A DNA stretch of 21,601 nucleotides. It comes from Bugula neritina (taxonomy: Eukaryota > Animalia > Bryozoa). Numbering within the stretch: position 1 is the stretch's first letter; the number at the start of each line of letters is the position of its first letter. A model generated the notes under the pieces. The model did not search any database. It was not told where the DNA came from and worked only from the letters and a program-made list of their open reading frames with translations. The translations under genes and the position numbers were made by a program. Shown here piece by piece: positions 1 to 10,564 of the stretch. The stretch is taken from the NCBI GenBank assembly GCA_964035545.1, contig CAXIUT010000009.1, positions 1 to 21,601 on the forward strand, written 5' to 3'.

Positions 1-98
1 CCCAACCCCAACCCAACCCCAACCCCAACCCCAACCCCAACCCCAACCCCAACCCCAACCCCAACCCCAACCCCAACCCCAACCCCAACCCCAACCCC
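1..98. repeat. Left telomere (CCCCAA)n
   Basis: C4A2 tandem repeats from base 1, with one CCCAA variant near 12-16; Tetrahymena-type telomere repeat. Confidence 0.98.
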
Positions 99-152
99 TT
101 AACTGTTATTTAGTATCTTATGGAGATAAGTTTTAATAAAGAATTGGAAATA

Positions 153-539
153 TCATACAAACTGATTTATTTTTGGTATTTCTACATCGTTAAAGGTGAG
201 ATATTGTTCTACATTTTGTTATTCTTCAGATAACGAGTGGGTTTTACTGCTATACTTAGTCCATTTCCTATCTTTCTATCCTTCTTATCGATAAGTCTTT
301 ATTTGTTTTGTTTTCTTTCTTAATATCTCTTTTATCTTTATGTTATTAACTTGTTGCTATACTTTTTAGAACTGTCTTTTCGATATCTGCTTCAGCATGG
401 AAGGAGTTTAAGTTTTGTGTAGAAAGTATTCTTTGATTGAAAGCGGGTTGGATGATTATTGAAGTTAATGGAGTTCATTGAGTGGATGTGATGTTTGGTT
501 CCATCGCTAGATATCAAGAAAGATATTTTCTGAATGCAT
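153..539 (-). CDS. Hypothetical protein, 128 aa (MHSENIFLDIERWNQTSHPL...PKINQFV)
   Basis: ATG 539 to TGA 153-155, open when TAA/TAG=Glu; no recognisable domain. Confidence 0.6.
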
Positions 540-858
540 TTTCTAAGTTTATATTAAATTGAAACTAACCACTTACTGAAGTTCAAAAAGATATTTGTAA
601 TAAATTATTGAATTTCAGATATTCTCTTTAAAATTGTTTTGGTTAAATATTTATCTTTCTTCTGGAATTATAAAATTTAAAGGTAAAGTTGAAGGTGGAT
701 CATAAAATGTATCAATGGCTGATAAAACTATTTAAATAAATAATCAAACTATTTTGTTAGTTTAGACATCTTTTATAAATACCAAAAACTATATAAATTG
801 ATTTTTAGAGTTAGATGTTTAAATGATATAATTTATTTATCTATAAGAATAAGTCATA

Positions 859-1559
859 ATGAAACCAAACGAAAAATCTCTTCGTCTTAAATAAAAATAA
901 CAAAATAAATAAAAGAAATAAAAGATAAGTGAATAATAGTCTCTTCAAGTGCCTTCTATCATGATAACTAAAAGTGGATCATCATAGCAATGGAAAATTA
1001 ATGCAAAATTACGAGAAGTATCATAATTTTTACAATGTTTATAAATATAGTAAAATATATAAGGTATTCTTTTCGAAGTAGAATGCCCAGAGATGCTTCA
1101 ACTAAGTACAAATTTTTTCAAACTTATTGATAAATTCTACTCAAAACATAACTATCAACATGAAAGCATTGTAGTCAAAAGAGTAATTATTAAGTAATTT
1201 AGATAACGATATAAGGGCATAAAAAAAGTTTAGATGAGATCAGTTATTAATTCATGGAAAAGGAGTTAAAATTATTAAGCTAAAAGGAATATAAATAGCT
1301 TTTTGATATTTGCTAATATTTCAAATTCAATGATTTGAAGGAAGTCATAGCTACCAATATTGCGAGTGAGCACTTTTTTTGTTATAATGAGTCAGCAATG
1401 CGTAAAAAAATGGATGAATATAAGGTTGTATATGACAGGTAGCAATAAATTTAATTATCTAAGAAGTGTAAAAAATATGCTAGGCAGATTAGTATAGAAT
1501 TACTTGAAAGGTTGTAGTAAAAGTATGATAGGGAATGTGGAGGAGAGAACAGAAGATGA
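859..1559 (+). CDS. Skp1/BTB-POZ-like protein, 226 aa; exons 859-1182, 1203-1559
   Basis: Removing a 20-nt GT-AG intron restores one frame; WKINAKLREVSEFL...KFYSKH and LDEISYEFM...ELFDICEYFKFNDLKEVIATNIA resemble the Skp1 POZ and dimerisation regions (by eye). Confidence 0.6.
1183..1202 (+). other. 20-nt spliceosomal intron
   Basis: GTAATTATTAAGTAATTTAG; removal joins two reading frames. Confidence 0.8.
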
Positions 1560-1662
1560 GTGATAATTTTAATATAATTCTCTTTAATATTTTATGATTA
1601 GTAGTATTGAGCTAAACGTCTTTAAGACTTTAAGACTTTAAATAATAAGTATTGTTTGAGAG

Positions 1663-2601
1663 ATGTCGTATGAGCAAATTATTTTTGGTGAAGAGAATGG
1701 AAGTCTTTTCTATGAAAGTGAGTCTGAGAATCATGTTTTATTCCATAGAGAAGAATATTCTTCTTCAAGCTATGTTTGTAGTCAAGATGAGGATTCTAAA
1801 AAGTCTAGCAACTCATCCAAATCAAAGAGGACTAAAACAAAGGGGATAATGAAGGAAGACAAGCCAATCAAAAATGGCTAGAATCAGAGAAGTGGTAAAA
1901 AGTAGAAGAGTGGTCGTCCTCACAATTAAGACATTGAAAAGGAACATCTTAAAATCAATAAATCCTTTAACGACATCATTTATCACTATTCAAGACTGCT
2001 AATCTTCCTTAAATTGAAAGTTGATAAATGTGCTTCAAATCATTCTCTTCAGCTTTAAAATAATGAGAGTGTCATTATGAGCTAGACTTAATCTATGATG
2101 GACACTCCCACCTTTCCGTCATTCAACTAGAGAAATAAGGTTTTTGTTTTACATTCAGCTAGTCTTCATTTTGTTTTTCAGCAACTTTCAACACGTAAAA
2201 AGAAGCAAAGTTTTTCCTCTCATGAACTCAAATATATGTTTTTTGCTTTTCTCAAGAAAAAAGATATATTTTCAACAGAAATATTCAGCTATGTGAGTAG
2301 CTACTGGTAGGATATAATGTACTTGATAGTTCATCCTGATGGAAGTGATACTGAGGAAGAATGTTCATTAGATAATGATAATAAATAGATTGAAAACAAT
2401 ATATAGGAGTAAAATATAGGTGAGAAAATGGTTTAAAAGAAAAAAGAGGACATAAAAAAGGTTTAAGTGAAGAAGAAATCCGAGATATCTGAATGTTAAC
2501 AACTAAAGGTATAACTAAAGGAAGATGAAACAATAATTGCTTATGAGATAGCATGTTACTTACATGCCTGTCAACAGAAATTCAAATTTACAATAAAGTG
2601 A
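1663..2601 (+). CDS. Hypothetical protein, 312 aa, with Ser/Lys-rich N-terminus and acidic C-terminal region
   Basis: Extends track ORF 1663..1881 through TAG/TAA to TGA 2599-2601, followed directly by a second in-frame TGA. Confidence 0.75.
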
Positions 2602-2647
2602 TGATCTGCTGATTTTATACCCTTATAATAACAATAATTTAACATAA

Positions 2648-3208
2648 ATGATATCGAGAGAAGCTAACGAATCTGCTATTGAGATCTCGGTGCCTAACAA
2701 AAGCATTTCTTAAATCTAGAGTATGCGAAAGGGAGACATTCGAGATATTAGAGGTTCTAGAAATAGAGATATTAGGGAAAGCGGATTTAAAGATTCAGTC
2801 AGGGAGACGACACCTCGAGATATGAGGGAATCAAAAGAGAGATAAAAGAAAGATTATAAGTCTAGATAGATGAGATAAATTAGGGAATCTAGATATTCAG
2901 GAGATAGATCAAGAGGGAGATCTGTTTCTAAATCGGCTATTCGAAGTTAAGTAGTTAGTCGTGCGATATCTGGTGAGCATAATATAGTTCTTCAGAGGAC
3001 AGACGATTTCATAAAATAGAAGAGTCATTGTATTACTTGTGATAAAAGGACTTCAACCATTAAACGACGTTCGGCATATGAACTAACTTATATAGTTTGT
3101 GCATTGACAGTGATAACAAGTTTCTGTTTGGTTCCTTTTTTGTTGGATCCATGCAATGAGAAGAAATTGTATTGTGCTGAATGTTTGGAATTGAAAGTGG
3201 ATAAGTGA
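2648..3208 (+). CDS. LITAF-domain zinc-ribbon membrane-associated protein, 186 aa, with Arg/Ser/Glu-rich N-terminus
   Basis: C-terminal HCITC...TYIVCALTVITSFCLVPFLLDPCNEKKLYCAEC fits the CxxC-hydrophobic-PF..D.C-(H/Y)CxxC LITAF pattern. Confidence 0.8.
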
Positions 3209-3277
3209 TCATATTTTATTATTCAAAATAAAACAAAATTAAAATTATTATTTATCACACTTTTATTCTTATTATTA

Positions 3278-5850
3278 TCAGTAGTCTACTACTATGATTC
3301 TTCCTTAGTCTGGATATTCTTGTTAATCGCTGTGACTCCATTATATGCCTCTCATTTTATTGCATCTATCTTACCATTCAAAATCTCTGTCAAATTTTTA
3401 ATCAAATATTAATCCAAATTTATTTCTTTCAAGGAAGGCTTAGTCATAGAGATAGTAGGCTTCTGATTTTGAATAGTTGTAGTTGAGACAGGGTCGGAAG
3501 ATGGGATCGATTGATATTCTGAACATATTTTACATCATTCTTGGGATCAATCTTTCGACAACTGGAGAACACAACTAGAGACATGGGTTGGTGTTGATCT
3601 AAATCAGATATGGTTTGAAATGATTAGTAACCATGAAATCTAATCCGAAAAGTTCAAAAACAAACTTCTTTTTATTTTTATCTATTCGAGAGTAGGTGGA
3701 TTTGATAGCTTCTTTAGCTGTTTATTTCATTTTTTAGTGTAATTTTGCAACATTCCACTTTTATCGAGGAAAACGGGTATCTAGGTATCTTTGAAATTCG
3801 CTATAACTGACTTTATTTCCTTATTAATATCTACCATAATTTTATCCATTTTTTTGAACTGCATCGTTTGTAAGATGAATAATATTATCTTTTAAATTTT
3901 ATAGATTAAATATTTCTGAAGAAGTTCTGAGGTAGCCTTCATCATACCAGAAAAACTTCAAACGTCCGTTGATGGTAGTTGCGAGCATGTATGTTCTAAT
4001 ATCAAATTTTCTATAATTATAAAGTAATAAATTTCTTAGATAAAATTGTACTATAATCTTTTTTTATGAATTTAGTTTGAATTTGATTTAATTGATTGAT
4101 TTAGTGACTGAAATACCATGTCCTCTATTTGAATTTTAAGCAGGTTTGACTATCCACAAAGAATTTTTCTTTTTAAACTAATTAAATACTTTCTAAAAAT
4201 CAGAAATCGATTTGGGATGATCTTTTTCGAGATAGAAAGTTAGAGGTATGATAGAATCTAGTTTTTTATGTACAAATTGATAATATTTTGATAAATTGTA
4301 ATATAATGCATTTTTGTTGCCAAACATGTAGTTATGTTAATAATGATTATGATATATTTCAGGGGTTTATATGGTTTACAATCTGATTTTATTTTAGTTG
4401 CCTTATAAAATGGAATGATATTTTTTATGATGTTTTTAGTGGAAAATCATCTTAAGTGAATTTTATTTTATCTAATTATTTTATATTTGTAGTAAACTTT
4501 ATCTTTTCTTTACTTTTTTATTAACTTTTATTTATTCTTCATTTTAATCAAACATCTATTCATATAAAACAATATCTTAGGACCAATTTTGATCATTAGA
4601 TAGTTATTGTTTTTAAATTATGCTATGTATTTTAATTTGTGTCCATACTAGATTTGCTTTTGATGGGTTTTCTACTTCAGTCCACCAGTTTCTTTTTCTC
4701 AAAAGAGAACGAATCAAATTTGAATTATTTCCTGAACCTATATAGTAACTATATTTTATGTTTTCTTTTTTAGATATTGATTTAGTTGAATTATTTTGAA
4801 ATAGTTCATTTATTATTATTTTTGGTTAATTCTATTTTATTTTTTGTTAGAGTCTGCAATGAAAAGAATTTAGAATTAGATCTAAACAATAGAACATTTT
4901 TGATATTTTTTTGTTGAAAAAAGAAGGTTGTTCAACTGATTTTTTATTTGATCTTTGTTTTATACATTTTAAATTTTATTATTTTTTCTTTATTATAAAT
5001 AGTCTTTATTTCTAATTCGATTGTTCTTGATAGTCATTATCTCCTTTCGATGGAGAACAACTAGAATCTCTCAATATTTTGGGATCATAATTTGTATCTT
5101 TTAATCCTTTAGATGGCGATGAACTTGTATCTCTAAGTACTCTTGGATCGTAGCTTTTGTGAATGTCAAGGTATTCTTCTTCATGTAGAAGTGGGTCTTA
5201 TTTAGTTTATATAGCTGAGTAGGAAAGTCTTTATTTATCAAGGTTAGATGGTACATCTTTGTTTTTAAATTATCTTATTTGGATATCTTATTTTTTAATT
5301 TGAGTGATATTAAGTCCAAAGTTATTGTTTTTTCCATTGAAATCTTAAATAATAAGTGTTTATTTTCTTTTCTTTTAAATTATTCTTTTTCTTCTTTAAA
5401 TAAACTTATGAAGATCTTAATTTTTTTAAGGAAGAGTTATTTTATTGCTATTTACCTTATATCTCTTCTTATTAAAAAAACTATCAGTCTCTCCAAACTA
5501 TATTTGTTCTACTGGTTGTATTTTTTCTTTAAAAGTCTGTTCAAATTTGATTTGAGACTGTTAAAATCTTGAATGAGATTGTTATGTTTTTATATTTTCT
5601 CTTCGTTAAAATCCTAATATTTTTTTATATTTGTTATAACTTCCAGAAGTACTAGTTCCACTGTTAGTCAATACGAATGAGGATGATTATTTTGTTATTT
5701 ATGCTTCTTGGATCCGTGATAGCATTTTATGAACCATTAGTTATCTGGGTTGATGAGTTGTTACGTCATTTTGCAGTTTGAGTAGGCACTTCTATTGAAG
5801 GAGACTCGACCTTTTGGTGGTTATCGGGGTAGATTTATTTTATTGATCAT
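3278..5850 (-). CDS. Tubulin-tyrosine-ligase-like (TTLL) tubulin-modifying ligase, about 850 aa; exons 5850-5765, 5744-3278
   Basis: ATP-grasp TTLL motifs IGSGNNSNLI...RNWW, VWTQ, GNKNALYYNL, WIVKPAENSNRGHGI, RKFDIR, EGYLRTSS, HLTNDAVQK, YGRYEEGNK, FELFGLDFM, LIEINTNPCLE; subfamily not resolved. Confidence 0.93.
5042..5152 (-). repeat. Intragenic 63-nt (21-aa) tandem duplication in the TTLL N-terminal region
   Basis: YDPRVLRDTSSSPSKG then YDPKILRDSSCSPSKG. Confidence 0.85.
5745..5764 (-). other. 20-nt spliceosomal intron (TTLL)
   Basis: GTAACAACTCATCAACCCAG links ATG 5850 to the main TTLL frame. Confidence 0.7.
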
Positions 5851-5919
5851 TATATATCAGATTATTTGTTTGTTTGTTAACTATTTTATTCAATAAGATA
5901 ATAACTAACCCAAACATAA

Positions 5920-6328
5920 TCATCCTAAATTTTAGAGAAAAGTGTTGACTTCAAGAACTATATTTTCTGCTTGGATCTTTTATTCGGAAGACTCAACTCC
6001 TTCTGTTTCTCCTTTCTCGCTCTAAATAAAATATCAATTACTAAGTATTGTGCTAGTCCTTCATAGGCTTCAATAAGTTTTTGTTTGACATTTGAGAGTA
6101 CTGTTTCAGATTATATGAGAAATTATTTCTATATTTGTTGAGATGTACATTTTTTTTGAGGTTGATTTAGGTTTATTAATTTTTTTCCATGAGTATGAAT
6201 TCTTCTTAGAGTTTATGTATTTTTTAAAGGATGCCTTTGACTTCTTTATCATAGGATACATATTCTTTTTGTAGTCTTTTTAGCATTCCAGCCTTTATTT
6301 TTAGTTGTTTAAGGATCTCTGCTGACAT
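5920..6328 (-). CDS. TBCA: Tubulin-specific chaperone A (cofactor A), 122 aa, three exons
   Basis: MSAEILKQLKIKAGMLKRLQKEYVSYDKE...KKNKEFLIESETVLSNVKQKLIEAYEGL matches the TBCA pattern LKIKTG.VKRL.KE...YEKE...E.L.ES...L.AAY; two 20-nt introns. Confidence 0.92.
6022..6041 (-). other. 20-nt spliceosomal intron (TBCA intron 2)
   Basis: GTAATTGATATTTTATTTAG; frame-restoring. Confidence 0.85.
6129..6148 (-). other. 20-nt spliceosomal intron (TBCA intron 1)
   Basis: GTACATCTCAACAAATATAG; needed to keep TBCA similarity in frame. Confidence 0.88.
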
Positions 6329-6404
6329 GTTTATATTGATTTAAAAATTATAGCATAATTATGAATCTGATTATCAAATTAATTACTCTTTAATAGACTC
6401 ATTA

Positions 6405-6483
6405 TTGGGGTTGGGGTTGGGGTTGGGGTTGGGGTTGGGGTTGGGGTTGGGGTTGGGGTTGGGGTTGGGGTTGGGGTTGGGTT
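6405..6483 (+). repeat. Internal telomeric tract (TTGGGG)12 + TTGGGTT
   Basis: Same repeat and orientation as the right telomere, flanked by unique AT-rich sequence on both sides. Confidence 0.97.
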
Positions 6484-6511
6484 CTAATTATGAATTAATA
6501 TATTTACTTGG

Positions 6512-7567
6512 ATGAATAAATAGCGAAATAACATGAGTAATGATGAATAGAGCTAAGATTATGGTAAATCAAGGACAAGAAAACTTAATTTATCTGGTTA
6601 TAAAGAGTAGAAGTATAAATTTGATGATGAAGATCTCTAAGAAAATCATCATACTGCTGATAGATAAAAAATTATCAATCAAAATATTAAATTAAAGGAA
6701 CAAATCTTTTCATTATCGCAGCAGTTATAATAAATTTTATAAAAAGATAGGAATAGAAAAAGAAAGTTAGGTCCTCTTAGTCCTAATGATGATGATTAAA
6801 CTTTAAGATAAAAAAAGGCTGAGTTAAAAAAACAACAACTTTAGATATTAGAAATGAAGAATAAAATATACTCAGTCAAAAGACAACTTTAGAAGATATA
6901 TAATAATCGAAATATGTTGAGTAAAGAAGAAAAATTAAGGACTCTTAAAGAGGAGTTGAGACAGTTAGATGAAGAGAAATAAAGTTTGATGAGAATTAAA
7001 AATTAACAAAAAAGAAGTATTAAAAATTTGACTACTTAACATGAGTATCAGTAAAAAACAGATGATCTTAAGAAAGAATTAGTTAAAGTAAAAGAAGAAG
7101 CCAAAAGTATAAATGAAAAAGTAGCTGAAGCTGAGAGGATTTTAAGAAAAAATCATGAACAATATATTTCAAAACAAGAAAGATTGAGAGAACTATAGCA
7201 AAGAATATCAACAGGAAAGTAACGATTAAAATCAAAAAAACCACTTCAGACTATTACTCCTGAAATGATAGCAAGTCTTGAGTAGGAGATAAGTATTTTA
7301 TAACAATAAAGACGAGAAAATGAAAGACTATGGCAAGAGAAGGTCAGATCAATTGATTTATAGTATTAGCAGAAGAAATTGTAGGAAGAGAAGAAGATGT
7401 TGATTTTGAAGGAGAAAGAGAAGGAGTATAGACTGAATGAGTTGAAGATAAAGGAGTTGAGGAAGTTAGTGAAGCACAATATGAGTATGGAGATGAGTAG
7501 GAAGAGTCAGGATGTGGATATGAGTCAGTTTAGAAATAAGAGAAATATTAAACATCTAGATAAGTGA
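6512..7567 (+). CDS. Coiled-coil protein, about 344-351 aa (alternative start at 6533)
   Basis: Long E/K/L/Q-rich ORF ending at TGA 7565-7567; in-frame ATGs at 6512 and 6533. Confidence 0.8.
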
Positions 7568-8007
7568 TTATGAATGATTCTAATGAATGAATAAATAAAT
7601 TTTTATCGTTTATAAATAATGTAAGTTTGTGTATTTCGTAAGAATTTCAGAGTTTTTTTTTCTAATTATAAAACTATATTTGATAATATATTATGAAAAA
7701 AACATTATGATTGTTGAAAAAGTTTGATTGTAGAAGTTTTTGGATTAGAGATTCATACTGAGTCGGAACATTCTTTTCATTGATATTTTGATTGTTATTA
7801 ATAATAAACATGAAAGTTAGTTGGGAGTATAAATCATAATATTTCTTTTAGCAAAATAATGATTGTTTGTATGAGAGTAATCTTTTAATCCTTTTATTGG
7901 AGAAATGTGAGACTATTGAGGAGTTTTATAACTTATTTAATTTAATTAGGTCGACTGCGTAGTATTTTCTGTAATTATCTATAATGTTATTTCTATAGTT
8001 TTTAAAC

Positions 8008-9319
8008 ATGCCTTCTCTCTCAAATGATCAGTCACTTAAAACAAACTTTTCTCATGAAATCAACTTCAAAATAAAGAAGAAAATTAAGTTTGGCTTAGCT
8101 GTTTATGTCTGTGGATCAGTTGCCTAATTAGGTTTCTGGCAACCGTCTAAAGCCTTTCGACTTTAATGGAATTAAGTACCAATTAATTCATTTAGGGTGA
8201 TATTTGGACTGGTACTCTTCTGATTCACAACCCTTAAGATTCTTTGGAATATAAGTATGTGATATCAACTTGGTAAAATCCTCAAGTTCAAAGTTGCTAG
8301 TGGGAAGTTGGAGATCATAACAGAAAGGTTGATCTAGATTGTTCGAAAGATTTTACTTTTTGTGGTAATGATTTTAATATGAAGATGACAAGTGGAATAT
8401 TGACCGAATCACAATATGTTTGGTCATCAAATAGTCTTAGCATTCTGAAAAAGAGAAATATTACGTAAGAATAGATGTTCCTTAGTTAGGTATTTTATAG
8501 TTTTTTTTAGGATTATGTCAAGAGAAGAAATGTATGAAAAGATCTATCAGCAGTTATAACACAGTTTAAAATAGAGGCTTAATTAAAAATTACAGAAAAA
8601 AATCTTCACAATAATTAGATGTTTGGACTTATTCTTTTGAAGTTTTTAGACTAAGATAGCACTTATGCTACTTATATTTTAGAAAAAGACAATAAATTTT
8701 ATAAAGCTAGAGAGGACCTTGTAGAATATTTATTTTCAACAAACAAAATGCTCCTTATCCATGCAGATTAAAAACTCTTCATCTCTAGGGATCAATAGTT
8801 ATTATAGATGAAAGTAACATAAATTCTCTTAAATATTCTAAAATAACAGATAATATTTATGTTGGATCATATCCTAAGACAGAATCAGACATATAAATGC
8901 TTAAAAAGGAAAATATAAATGCAATATTATCTATTCAAAGCACTAAAGACAATCAGAAACATGGAGTATCACCTTATTTTCTGGATGTGGCCTGTCAAAA
9001 AAGAGGAATAAGTTATAAGAGATGTTCTATTGAAGATATGAATAACCATGATTTTATCTAAAAAGCTGAAGAAGGATATACGATCATGGATGAAGTGTTG
9101 AACTAGGGAGGTAATATATATGTTCATTGTTCAGCTGGAATATATCGTTCTCCTCAGATGATAGCTTTATACCTAGTGGCATCTCAACAGTATGGAATAA
9201 AAGAGGCGATTGATTTATTGAAAGAGAAACATCCTTACTCAAGACCTAGTTAGTTTGTAATTGAACAGGCTTTAAATTTGATTGAGGTAAATGGAAATAA
9301 ATGGGAAGATAATGAATGA
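8008..9319 (+). CDS. Laforin-like glucan phosphatase (CBM20 starch-binding domain + dual-specificity phosphatase), about 416-423 aa
   Basis: CBM20: FGLAVYVCGSVAELGFWQPSKAFRLEWNEGDIW...LEYKYVI...WEVGDHNR...DDKW. DSP: YSKITDNIYVGSYP, ILSIQS..D, IEDMN, P-loop VHCSAGIYRS. The frame is also open upstream to ATG 7810, so the start is uncertain. Confidence 0.88.
8176..8195 (+). other. 20-nt spliceosomal intron
   Basis: GTACCAATTAATTCATTTAG; removal gives the CBM20 motif WNE|GDIW. Confidence 0.9.
8365..8384 (+). other. 20-nt spliceosomal intron with AAG acceptor
   Basis: GTAATGATTTTAATATGAAG; removal gives the CBM20 end DDKW and enters the DSP frame. Confidence 0.8.
8490..8510 (+). other. Possible 21-nt frame-preserving intron
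   Basis: GTATTTTATAGTTTTTTTTAG; T-rich, but a multiple of 3, without an in-frame TGA and without the -6 A, so not required. Confidence 0.4.
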
Positions 9320-9481
9320 AATTAAATGATATCAATATTACAACATATGTCAAATATGTCAGATCTTTCAAATAAAAATAATTCTTATTTTTGAGGTTTG
9401 ATAAGATGTTTTTTTTAAAGTCTATTTTTATATAAGGATTAGATTCAAAGTTTACTTTTTATTTTGAGGGAGTATTGAGCA

Positions 9482-10119
9482 ATGGATGAACTTTCTTTGG
9501 TAATATTTATTTTATTTAGATGCATGACTGGTGTAAAAAGCTAAGAGATGTTTTTCAATAGATTACTTAAAGTTATGAACAGCATATGCGAGCTAATGGA
9601 AAGAATATTTATTCAACATCTAATTCAATGAGAACAAGAAAGCAAAATGGTAACAAAAGTTAGTATGATCTTTAATAAAATGGACATATTAATCATTTGA
9701 ATAAATTCGGATCTAAAAATAATAAATAATCAAATACTGAAGCATATACATATAAACAAAGGGTTCATGCTTTGAGGAGATTGGGAAGAAAAACTGAATC
9801 ATAACTTTAGCGAAAGGAAAGTAAACCAAAATAAGATAAAAAGAGAATAACAGCGTTTTTTCTATTTGTTCAAGAAAAAAAAGATAAAATATTGAGTGAC
9901 TATCCTTAGTTGAATGGCAAAGAAGTAGTTAAAATCTTAGGAGATGTCTGGAAGTGTATGAGTCCGGTCGACAAGAAAGGATATGAGGTTCAGAACAAAG
10001 AAATAAAAGGTGAATTTGACAAAAAGTTTAGAAAATATTTATAAGAAATGGTCAAACTTCAAAAGCTAAAGACAAATAATCGTCCTGAAGAAGATGAAAA
10101 TGAAGTATATGATGAATGA
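9482..10119 (+). CDS. HMG-box protein, 205 aa; exons 9482-9499, 9520-10119
   Basis: KKRITAFFLFVQEKKDKILSDYPELNGKEVVKILGDVWKCMSPVDKKGYE is a typical HMG box; acidic tail. Confidence 0.9.
9500..9519 (+). other. 20-nt spliceosomal intron
   Basis: GTAATATTTATTTTATTTAG; joins ATG 9482 to the main frame (an ATG at 9520 is an alternative start). Confidence 0.75.
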
Positions 10120-10212
10120 TTAAATATTTATGAATATATTGGAACATATTTCTGATATAAAGCTCTAAGTTAATTCAATGGATATATATTAATTTAAATA
10201 TTTCTAAGAAAA

Positions 10213-10488
10213 ATGAGTTAGATTGGATCATTGGCAAAGAAGCTCTCTCCTGCAGATCTGGATTAATAGCTTTCTAGATTTATTTAAAAAATCTTCAAAG
10301 TTTATGACCCTATGGATAAAGGATTCCTGGATAGAGATGAATTTGCAGAATTTCTTAAAAAATAAACTGGAAATAATTTTTCAGAAAAAGAGGTTAAAGA
10401 TCTTCTCATACTTGCAGATAAAAATAAAAATAAGGTGATAGAAAGAGAGGAACTAAAAACTTTCTACAAGACTTTGATAAAGAGTTGA
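10213..10488 (+). CDS. Small EF-hand-pair protein, 91 aa
   Basis: KIFKVYDPMDKGFLDRDEF and ADKNKNKVIEREEL loops. Confidence 0.85.
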
Positions 10489-10564
10489 TAGTATGGAAAT
10501 CTCATTATATCATAAATATATCAAACCATATTACTATTATCTTCTAAATACATTCGATTAGTGA

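Noticed and set aside
1620-1642. Short tandem repeat (CTTTAAGA)x2-3 upstream of the gene at 1663
   Set aside because: Too short, and not noticed upstream of other genes; no support as a regulatory site
6405-6483. CRISPR array or telomere-bearing transposon end
   Set aside because: No spacers, no matching inverted end and no transposase ORF
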